Positions 13,101 to 25,000 of a DNA stretch of 64,000 bases are shown piece after piece. Where the stretch lies: NCBI RefSeq assembly GCF_009914755.1, contig NC_060946.1. The stretch is one strand, 5' to 3'. The stretch comes from the human T2T-CHM13v2.0 reference genome, Homo sapiens. The translations under genes were made by a program, and so were the position numbers. The stretch's first letter is position 1. Each line of letters begins with the position of its first letter. The notes beneath the pieces are model-generated. The model did not search any database. It was not told the origin of the DNA and saw nothing but the letters and a program-made list of their open reading frames with translations.

Positions 13101-15004
13101 TCCTCCAAGCTATCCAAATATCCGCTTGCAGATTCCACAGAAAGACTGTTTCAAAACTGCTCTGTCAATAGAAAGGTTCAACTCTGTTAGCTGCGTGCAT
13201 ATATCCCAAAGAAGATTCTGAGATTGCTTCTGTCTAGTTTTTATGGGAAGATATTTCCCTTTTCACCGTAGGCGTCAAGGCGCTCCAAATGTCCACTTCC
13301 AGATACTACAAAAAGAGTGTTTCAAACCTACTCTGTGAAAGGGAATATTCAACTCTGTGACTTGAATGCACATATCACAAAGAAGTTTCTGAGAATGCTT
13401 CTGTCGAGATTTTATATGAAGATATTCCCGTTTCCAACGAAATCCTGAAATCTATCCAAATATCCCCTCGCAGATTCTACAAAAAGAGTGTTTCAAAACT
13501 GCTCTGTAAAAAGAAAGGTTCAACTCTGTTAGTTGAGTACACACATCACAAACAAGTTTCACAGAATGCTTCTTTCTAGCTTGTAGGGGAAGATATTCCC
13601 TTTATCACCATGGGCCTCCAACCGTCCGAAACGTCCACTTCCATATACTACCAAAAGAGCGTTTCAAACCTGCTCTAGGAAAGGCAATGTTCAACTCTGT
13701 GACTTGAATGCAGACATCACAGAGCAGTTTATGAGAATGCTTCTGTCTAGATTTTATAGGAAGATATTCCCGTTTCCAACGAAATCTTCACAGCTATCCA
13801 AATATCCACTTGCAGATTCTACAAAAAGAGTGTATCAAAACTGCTCTGTCAAAAGGAAGGTTCTTCTCTGTTAGGTGAGTGCATACGTCATAAAGGAGTT
13901 TCTGAGAATGTTTCTGTCTAGTGGTTATGGGAAGATATTTGCTTTTTCACCGTAGGCCTCAGAGCGCTCCAAATATCCACTTGCACATACTACAAAAAGA
14001 GTGCCTCAAAGCTGCTCTCTGAAACGGAATGTTCAACTCTATGAGTTGAATGCAAACATCACAAAGACGTTTCTGAGAATGCTTCTGTCTAGATTTGATA
14101 TGAAGATATTCCCGTTTCCAACGAAATCTTCAAATCTATCCAAATGTCCACTTGCAGATTCAACAAAAAGTGTTTTTCAGAACTGCTCTATCAAAAGAAA
14201 GATCCACCTCTGTTAGCTGAGTTCACACATCACAAACAAGTTTATGAGAATGCTTCTGTCTAGTTTTTATTTGAAGATATTTCCTTTCTCACCATAGACC
14301 TGAAAGCTGTCCTAATGTTCACTTCCAGATACTACAGAAAGAGTGTTTCAAAACTGCTGTACGAAAGGGAATGTTCAACTCTGTGACTTGAATGCACACA
14401 TCACAAAGAAGTTTCTGAGGATGCTGCTGTCTACTTTTCATACGTAATCCCGTTTCCAACGAAATCCTCCAAGCTATCCAAATATCCACTTGCAGATTCC
14501 ACAGAAAGACTGTTTCAAAACTGCTCTGTCAATAGAAAGGTTCAACTCTGTTAGCTGCGTGCATATATCCCAAAGAAGATTCTGAGATTGCTTCTGTCTA
14601 GTTTTTATGGGAAGATATTTCCCTTTTCACCGTAGGCGTCAAGGCGCTCCAAATGTCCACTTCCAGATACTACAAAAAGAGTGTTTCAAACCTACTCTGT
14701 GAAAGGGAATATTCAACTCTGTGACTTGAATGCACATATCACAAAGAAGTTTCTGAGAATGCTTCTGTCGAGATTTTATATGAAGATATTCCCGTTTCCA
14801 ACGAAATCCTGAAATCTATCCAAATATCCCCTCGCAGATTCTACAAAAAGAGTGTTTCAAAACTGCTCTGTAAAAAGAAAGGTTCAACTCTGTTAGTTGA
14901 GTACACACATCACAAACAAGTTTCACAGAATGCTTCTTTCTAGCTTGTAGGGGAAGATATTCCCTTTATCACCATGGTCCTCAAACCGTCCGAAACGTCC
15001 ACTT

Positions 15005-18000
15005 CCATATACTACAAAAAGAGCGTTTCAAACCTGCTCTAGGAAAGGCAATGTTCAACTCTGTGACTTGAATGCAGACATCACAGAACAGTTTCTGAGA
15101 ATGCTTCTGTCTAGATTTTATAGGAAGATATTCCCGTTTCCAACGAAATCTTCACAGCTATCCAAATATCCACTTGCAGATTCTACAAAAAGAGTGTATC
15201 AAAACTGCTCTGTCAAAAGGAAGGTTCTTCTCTGTTAGGTGAGTGCATACGTCATAAAGGAGTTTCTGAGAATGTTTCTGTCTAGTGGTTATGGGAAGAT
15301 ATTTGCTTTTTCACCGTAGGCCTCAGAGCGCTCCAAATATCCACTTGCACATACTACAAAAAGAGTGCCTCAAAGCTGCTCTCTGAAACGGAATGTTCAA
15401 CTCTATGAGTTGAATGCAAACATCACAAAGACGTTTCTGAGAATGCTTCTGTCTAGATTTGATATGAAGATATTCCCGTTTCCAACGAAATCTTCAAATC
15501 TATCCAAATGTCCACTTGCAGATTCAACAAAAAGTGTTTTTCAGAACTGCTCTATCAAAAGAAAGATCCACCTCTGTTAGCTGAGTTCACACATCACAAA
15601 CAAGTTTATGAGAATGCTTCTGTCTAGTTTTTATTTGAAGATATTTCCTTTCTCACCATAGACCTGAAAGCTGTCCTAATGTTCACTTCCAGATACTACA
15701 GAAAGAGTGTTTCAAAACTGCTGTACGAAAGGGAATGTTCAACTCTGTGACTTGAATGCACACATCACAAAGAAGTTTCTGAGGATGCTGCTGTCTACTT
15801 TTTATACGTAATCCCGTTTCCAACGAAATCCTCCAAGCTATCCAAATATCCACTTGCAGATTCCACAGAAAGACTGTTTCAAAACTGCTCTGTCAATAGA
15901 AAGGTTCAACTCTGTTAGCTGCGTGCATATATCTCAAAGAAGATTCTGAGATTGCTTCTGTCTAGTTTTTATGGGAAGATATTTCCCTTTTCACCGTAGG
16001 CGTCAAGGCGCTCCAAATGTCCACTTCCAGATACTACAAAAAGAGTGTTTCAAACCTACTCTGTGAAAGCGAATATTCAACTCTGTGACTTGAATGCACA
16101 TATCACAAAGAAGTTTCTGAGAATGCTTCTGTCGAGATTTTATATGAAGATATTCCCGTTTCCAACGAAATCCTGAAATCTATCCAAATATCCCCTCGCA
16201 GATTCTACAAAAAGAGTGTTTCAAAACTGCTCTGTAAAAAGAAAGGTTCAACTCTGTTAGTTGAGTACACACATCACAAACAAGTTTCACAGAATGCTTC
16301 TTTCTAGCTTGTAGGGGAAGATATTCCCTTTATCACCATGGGCCTCCAACCGTCCGAAACGTCCACTTCCATATACTACCAAAAGAGCGTTTCAAACCTG
16401 CTCTAGGAAAGGCAATGTTCAACTCTGTGACTTGAATGCAGACATCACAGAGCAGTTTCTGAGAATGCTTCTGTCTAGATTTTATAGGAAGATATTCCCG
16501 TTTCCAACGAAATCTTCACAGCTATCCAAATATCCACTTGCAGATTCTACAAAAAGAGTGTATCAAAACTGCTCTGTCAAAAGGAAGGTTCTTCTCTGTT
16601 AGGTGAGTGCATACGTCATAAAGGAGTTTCTGAGAATGTTTCTGTCTAGTGGTTATGGGAAGATATTTGCTTTTTCACCGTAGGCCTCAGAGCGCTCCAA
16701 ATATCCACTTGCACATACTACAAAAAGAGTGCCTCAAAGCTGCTCTCTGAAACGGAATGTTCAACTCTATGAGTTGAATGCAAACATCACAAAGACGTTT
16801 CTGAGAATGCTTCTGTCTAGATTTGATATGAAGATATTCCCGTTTCCAACGAAATCTTCAAATCTATCCAAATGTCCACTTGCAGATTCAACAAAAAGTG
16901 TTTTTCAGAACTGCTCTATCAAAAGAAAGATCCACCTCTGTTAGCTGAGTTCACACATCACAAACAAGTTTATGAGAATGCTTCTGTCTAGTTTTTATTT
17001 GAAGATATTTCCTTTCTCACCATAGACCTGAAAGCTGTCCTAATGTTCACTTCCAGATACTACAGAAAGAGTGTTTCAAAACTGCTGTACGAAAGGGAAT
17101 GTTCAACTCTGTGACTTGAATGCACACATCACAAAGAAGTTTCTGAGGATGCTGCTGTCTACTTTTTATACGTAATCCCGTTTCCAACGAAATCCTCCAA
17201 GCTATCCAAATATCCACTTGCAGATTCCACAGAAAGACTGTTTCAAAACTGCTCTGTCAATAGAAAGGTTCAACTCTGTTAGCTGCGTGCATATATCCCA
17301 AAGAAGATTCTGAGATTGCTTCTGTCTAGTTTTTATGGGAAGATATTTCCCTTTTCACCGTAGGCGTCAAGGCGCTCCAAATGTCCACTTCCAGATACTA
17401 CAAAAAGAGTGTTTCAAACCTACTCTGTGAAAGGGAATATTCAACTCTGTGACTTGAATGCACATATCACAAAGAAGTTTCTGAGAATGCTTCTGTCGAG
17501 ATTTTATATGAAGATATTCCCGTTTCCAACGAAATCCTGAAATCTATCCAAATATCCCCTCGCAGATTCTACAAAAAGAGTGTTTCAAAACTGCTCTGTA
17601 AAAAGAAAGGTTCAACTCTGTTAGTTGAGTACACACATCACAAACAAGTTTCACAGAATGCTTCTTTCTAGCTTGTAGGGGAAGATATTCCCTTTATCAC
17701 CATGGGCCTCCAAACGTCCGAAACGTCCACTTCCATATACTACCAAAAGAGCGTTTCAAACCTGCTCTAGGAAAGGCAATGTTCAACTCTGTGACTTGAA
17801 TGCAGACATCACAGAGCAGTTTCTGAGAATGCTTCTGTCTAGATTTTATAGGAAGATATTCCCGTTTCCAACGAAATCTTCACAGCTATCCAAATATCCA
17901 CTTGCAGATTCTACAAAAAGAGTGTATCAAAACTGCTCTGTCAAAAGGAAGGTTCTTCTCTGTTAGGTGAGTGCATACGTCATAAAGGAGTTTCTGAGAA

Positions 18001-21000
18001 TGTTTCTGTCTAGTGGTTATGGGAAGATATTTGCTTTTTCACCGTAGGCCTCAGAGCGCTCCAAATATCCACTTGCACATACTACAAAAAGAGTGCCTCA
18101 AAGCTGCTCTTTGAAACGGAATGTTCAACTCTATGAGTTGAATGCAAACATCACAAAGACGTTTCTGAGAATGCTTCTGTCTAGATTTGATATGAAGATA
18201 TTCCCGTTTCCAACGAAATCTTCAAATCTATCCAAATGTCCACTTGCAGATTCAACAAAAAGTGTTTTTCAGAACTGCTCTATCAAAAGAAAGATCCACA
18301 TCTGTTAGCTGAGTTCACACATCACAAACAAGTTTATGAGAATGCTTCTGTCTAGTTTTTATTTGAAGATATTTCCTTTCTCACCATAGACCTGAAAGCT
18401 GTCCTAATGTTCACTTCCAGATACTACAGAAAGAGTGTTTCAAAACTGCTGTATGAAAGGGAATGTTCAACTCTGTGACTTGAATGCACACATCACAAAG
18501 AAGTTTCTGAGGATGCTGCTGTCTACTTTTTATATGTAATCCGGTTTCCAACGAAATCCTCCAAGCTATCCAAATATCCGCTTGCAGATTCCACAGAAAG
18601 ACTGTTTCAAAACTGCTCTGTCAATAGAAAGGTTCAACTCTGTTAGCTGCGTGCATATATCCCAAAGAAGATTCTGAGATTGCTTCTGTCTAGTTTTTAT
18701 GGGAAGATATTTCCCTTTTCACCGTAGGCGTCAAGGCGCTCCAAATGTCCACTTCCAGATACTACAAAAAGAGTGTTTCAAACCTACTCTGTGAAAGGGA
18801 ATATTCAACTCTGTGACTTGAATGCACATATCACAAAGAAGTTTCTGAGAATGCTTCTGTCGAGATTTTATATGAAGATATTCCCGTTTCCAACGAAATC
18901 CTGAAATCTATCCAAATATCCCCTCGCAGATTCTACAAAAAGAGTGTTTCAAAACTGCTCTGTAAAAAGAAAGGTTCAACTCTGTTAGTTGAGTACACAC
19001 ATCACAAACAAGTTTCACAGAATGCTTCTTTCTAGCTTGTAGGGGAAGATATTCCCTTTATCACCATGGGCCTCCAACCGTCCGAAACGTCCACTTCCAT
19101 ATACTACAAAAAGAGCGTTTCAAACCTGCTCTAGGAAAGGCAATGTTCAACTCTGTGACTTGAATGCAGACATCACAGAGCAGTTTCTGAGAATGCTTCT
19201 GTCTAGATTTTATAGGAAGATATTCCCGTTTCCAACGAAATCTTCACAGCTATCCAAATATCCACTTGCAGATTCTACAAAAAGAGTGTATCAAAACTGC
19301 TCTGTCAAAAGGAAGGTTCTTCTCTGTTAGGTGAGTGCATACGTCATAAAGGAGTTTCTGAGAATGTTTCTGTCTAGTGGTTATGGGAAGATATTTGCTT
19401 TTTCACCGTAGGCCTCAGAGCGCTCCAAATATCCACTTGCACATACTACAAAAAGAGTGCCTCAAAGCTGCTCTCTGAAACGGAATGTTCAACTCTATGA
19501 GTTGAATGCAAACATCACAAAGACGTTTCTGAGAATGCTTCTGTCTAGATTTGATATGAAGATATTCCCGTTTCCAACGAAATCTTCAAATCTATCCAAA
19601 TGTCCACTTGCAGATTCAACAAAAAGTGTTTTTCAGAACTGCTCTATCAAAAGAAAGATCCACCTCTGTTAGCTGAGTTCACACATCACAAACAAGTTTA
19701 TGAGAATGCTTCTGTCTAGTTTTTATTTGAAGATATTTCCTTTCTCACCATAGACCTGAAAGCTGTCCTAATGTTCACTTCCAGATACTACAGAAAGAGT
19801 GTTTCAAAACTGCTGTACGAAAGGGAATGTTCAACTCTGTGACTTGAATGCACACATCACAAAGAAGTTTCTGAGGATGCTGCTGTCTACTTTTTATACG
19901 GAATCCCGTTTCCAACGAAATCCTCCAAGCTATCCAAATATCCACTTGCAGATTCCACAGAAAGACTGTTTCAAAACTGCTCTGTCAATAGAAAGGTTCA
20001 ACTCTGTTAGCTGCGTGCATATATCCCAAAGAAGATTCTGAGATTCCTTCTGTCTAGTTTTTATGGGAAGATATTTCCCTTTTCACCGTAGGCGTCAAGG
20101 CGCTCCAAATGTCCACTTCCAGATACTACAAAAAGAGTGTTTCAAACCTACTCTGTGAAAGGGAATATTCAACTCTGTGACTTGAATGCACATATCACAA
20201 AGAAGTTTCTGAGAATGCTTCTGTCGAGATTTTATATGAAGATATTCCCGTTTCCAACGAAATCCTGAAATCTATCCAAATATCCCCTCGCAGATTCTAC
20301 AAAAAGAGTGTTTCAAAACTGCTCTGTAAAAAGAAAGGTTCAACTCTGTTAGTTGAGTACACACATCACAAACAAGTTTCACAGAATGCTTCTTTCTAGC
20401 TTGTAGGGGAAGATATTCCCTTTATCACCATGGTCCTCAAACCGTCCGAAACGTCCACTTCCATATACTACAAAAAGAGCGTTTCAAACCTGCTCTAGGA
20501 AAGGCAATGTTCAACTCTGTGACTTGAATGCAGACATCACAGAACAGTTTCTGAGAATGCTTCTGTCTAGATTTTATAGGAAGATATTCCCGTTTCCAAC
20601 GAAATCTTCACAGCTATCCAAATATCCACTTGCAGATTCTACAAAAAGAGTGTATCAAAACTGCTCTGTCAAAAGGAAGGTTCTTCTCTGTTAGGTGAGT
20701 GCATACGTCATAAAGGAGTTTCTGAGAATGTTTCTGTCTAGTGGTTATGGGAAGATATTTGCTTTTTCACCGTAGGCCTCAGAGCGCTCCAAATATCCAC
20801 TTGCACATACTACAAAAAGAGTGCCTCAAAGCTGCTCTCTGAAACGGAATGTTCAACTCTATGAGTTGAATGCAAACATCACAAAGACGTTTCTGAGAAT
20901 GCTTCTGTCTAGATTTGATATGAAGATATTCCCGTTTCCAACGAAATCTTCAAATCTATCCAAATGTCCACTTGCAGATTCAACAAAAAGTGTTTTTCAG

Positions 21001-22052
21001 AACTGCTCTATCAAAAGAAAGATCCACCTCTGTTAGCTGAGTTCACACATCACAAACAAGTTTATGAGAATGCTTCTGTCTAGTTTTTATTTGAAGATAT
21101 TTCCTTTCTCACCATAGACCTGAAAGCTGTCCTAATGTTCACTTCCAGATACTACAGAAAGAGTGTTTCAAAACTGCTGTACGAAAGGGAATGTTCAACT
21201 CTGTGACTTGAATGCACACATCACAAAGAAGTTTCTGAGGATGCTGCTGTCTACTTTTTATACGTAATCCCGTTTCCAACGAAATCCTCCAAGCTATCCA
21301 AATATCCACTTGCAGATTCCACAGAAAGACTGTTTCAAAACTGCTCTGTCAATAGAAAGGTTCAACTCTGTTAGCTGCGTGCATATATCCCAAAGAAGAT
21401 TCTGAGATTGCTTCTGTCTAGTTTTTATGGGAAGATATTTCCCTTTTCACCGTAGGCGTCAAGGCGCTCCAAATGTCCACTTCCAGATACTACAAAAAGA
21501 GTGTTTCAAACCTACTCTGTGAAAGCGAATATTCAACTCTGTGACTTGAATGCACATATCACAAAGAAGTTTCTGAGAATGCTTCTGTCGAGATTTTATA
21601 TGAAGATATTCCCGTTTCCAACGAAATCCTGAAATCTATCCAAATATCCCCTCGCAGATTCTACAAAAAGAGTGTTTCAAAACTGCTCTGTAAAAAGAAA
21701 GGTTCAACTCTGTTAGTTGAGTACACACATCACAAACAAGTTTCACAGAATGCTTCTTTCTAGCTTGTAGGGGAAGATATTCCCTTTATCACCATGGGCC
21801 TCCAACCGTCCGAAACGTCCACTTCCATATACTACCAAAAGAGCGTTTCAAACCTGCTCTAGGAAAGGCAATGTTCAACTCTGTGACTTGAATGCAGACA
21901 TCACAGAGCAGTTTATGAGAATGCTTCTGTCTAGATTTTATAGGAAGATATTCCCGTTTCCAACGAAATCTTCACAGCTATCCAAATATCCACTTGCAGA
22001 TTCTACAAAAAGAGTGTATCAAAACTGCTCTGTCAAAAGGAAGGTTCTTCTC
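15005..22052. repeat. Block duplicate of 1-7048 (offset 15004 bp = 11 HORs)
   Basis: Same ordered rare SNVs: ATCTCAA (930/15934), CCAAACG, CCACATC, TCCGG (3539/18543), TACGGAA (4897/19901), ATTCCTT (5042/20046), TTTATGAG (6911/21915). Confidence 0.9.
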
Positions 22053-25000
22053 TGTTAGGTGAGTGCATACGTCATAAAGGAGTTTCTGAGAATGTTTCTG
22101 TCTAGTGGTTATGGGAAGATATTTGCTTTTTCACCGTAGGCCTCAGAGCGCTCCAAATATCCACTTGCACATACTACAAAAAGAGTGCCTCAAAGCTGCT
22201 CTCTGAAACGGAATGTTCAACTCTATGAGTTGAATGCAAACATCACAAAGACGTTTCTGAGAATGCTTCTGTCTAGATTTGATATGAAGATATTCCCGTT
22301 TCCAACGAAATCTTCAAATCTATCCAAATGTCCACTTGCAGATTCAACAAAAAGTGTTTTTCAGAACTGCTCTATCAAAAGAAAGATCCACCTCTGTTAG
22401 CTGAGTTCACACATCACAAACAAGTTTATGAGAATGCTTCTGTCTAGTTTTTATTTGAAGATATTTCCTTTCTCACCATAGACCTGAAAGCTGTCCTAAT
22501 GTTCACTTCCAGATACTACAGAAAGAGTGTTTCAAAACTGCTGTACGAAAGGGAATGTTCAACTCTGTGACTTGAATGCACACATCACAAAGAAGTTTCT
22601 GAGGATGCTGCTGTCTACTTTTTATACGTAATCCCGTTTCCAACGAAATCCTCCAAGCTATCCAAATATCCACTTGCAGATTCCACAGAAAGACTGTTTC
22701 AAAACTGCTCTGTCAATAGAAAGGTTCAACTCTGTTAGCTGCGTGCATATATCCCAAAGAAGATTCTGAGATTCCTTCTGTCTAGTTTTTATGGGAAGAT
22801 ATTTCCCTTTTCACCGTAGGCGTCAAGGCGCTCCAAATGTCCACTTCCAGATACTACAAAAAGAGTGTTTCAAACCTACTCTGTGAAAGGGAATATTCAA
22901 CTCTGTGACTTGAATGCACATATCACAAAGAAGTTTCTGAGAATGCTTCTGTCGAGATTTTATATGAAGATATTCCCGTTTCCAACGAAATCCTGAAATC
23001 TATCCAAATATCCCCTCGCAGATTCTACAAAAAGAGTGTTTCAAAACTGCTCTGTAAAAAGAAAGGTTCAACTCTGTTAGTTGAGTACACACATCACAAA
23101 CAAGTTTCACAGAATGCTTCTTTCTAGCTTGTAGGGGAAGATATTCCCTTTATCACCATGGTCCTCAAACCGTCCGAAACGTCCACTTCCATATACTACA
23201 AAAAGAGCGTTTCAAACCTGCTCTAGGAAAGGCAATGTTCAACTCTGTGACTTGAATGCAGACATCACAGAACAGTTTCTGAGAATGCTTCTGTCTAGAT
23301 TTTATAGGAAGATATTCCCGTTTCCAACGAAATCTTCACAGCTATCCAAATATCCACTTGCAGATTCTACAAAAAGAGTGTATCAAAACTGCTCTGTCAA
23401 AAGGAAGGTTCTTCTCTGTTAGGTGAGTGCATACGTCATAAAGGAGTTTCTGAGAATGTTTCTGTCTAGTGGTTATGGGAAGATATTTGCTTTTTCACCG
23501 TAGGCCTCAGAGCGCTCCAAATATCCACTTGCACATACTACAAAAAGAGTGCCTCAAAGCTGCTCTCTGAAACGGAATGTTCAACTCTATGAGTTGAATG
23601 CAAACATCACAAAGACGTTTCTGAGAATGCTTCTGTCTAGATTTGATATGAAGATATTCCCGTTTCCAACGAAATCTTCAAATCTATCCAAATGTCCACT
23701 TGCAGATTCAACAAAAAGTGTTTTTCAGAACTGCTCTATCAAAAGAAAGATCCACCTCTGTTAGCTGAGTTCACACATCACAAACAAGTTTATGAGAATG
23801 CTTCTGTCTAGTTTTTATTTGAAGATATTTCCTTTCTCACCATAGACCTGAAAGCTGTCCTAATGTTCACTTCCAGATACTACAGAAAGAGTGTTTCAAA
23901 ACTGCTGTACGAAAGGGAATGTTCAACTCTGTGACTTGAATGCACACATCACAAAGAAGTTTCTGAGGATGCTGCTGTCTACTTTTTATACGTAATCCCG
24001 TTTCCAACGAAATCCTCCAAGCTATCCAAATATCCACTTGCAGATTCCACAGAAAGACTGTTTCAAAACTGCTCTGTCAATAGAAAGGTTCAACTCTGTT
24101 AGCTGCGTGCATATATCCCAAAGAAGATTCTGAGATTGCTTCTGTCTAGTTTTTATGGGAAGATATTTCCCTTTTCACCGTAGGCGTCAAGGCGCTCCAA
24201 ATGTCCACTTCCAGATACTACAAAAAGAGTGTTTCAAACCTACTCTGTGAAAGCGAATATTCAACTCTGTGACTTGAATGCACATATCACAAAGAAGTTT
24301 CTGAGAATGCTTCTGTCGAGATTTTATATGAAGATATTCCCGTTTCCAACGAAATCCTGAAATCTATCCAAATATCCCCTCGCAGATTCTACAAAAAGAG
24401 TGTTTCAAAACTGCTCTGTAAAAAGAAAGGTTCAACTCTGTTAGTTGAGTACACACATCACAAACAAGTTTCACAGAATGCTTCTTTCTAGCTTGTAGGG
24501 GAAGATATTCCCTTTATCACCATGGGCCTCCAACCGTCCGAAACGTCCACTTCCATATACTACCAAAAGAGCGTTTCAAACCTGCTCTAGGAAAGGCAAT
24601 GTTCAACTCTGTGACTTGAATGCAGACATCACAGAGCAGTTTCTGAGAATGCTTCTGTCTAGATTTTATAGGAAGATATTCCCGTTTCCAACGAAATCTT
24701 CACAGCTATCCAAATATCCACTTGCAGATTCTACAAAAAGAGTGTATCAAAACTGCTCTGTCAAAAGGAAGGTTCTTCTCTGTTAGGTGAGTGCATACGT
24801 CATAAAGGAGTTTCTGAGAATGTTTCTGTCTAGTGGTTATGGGAAGATATTTGCTTTTTCACCGTAGGCCTCAGAGCGCTCCAAATATCCACTTGCACAT
24901 ACTACAAAAAGAGTGCCTCAAAGCTGCTCTCTGAAACGGAATGTTCAACTCTATGAGTTGAATGCAAACATCACAAAGACGTTTCTGAGAATGCTTCTGT

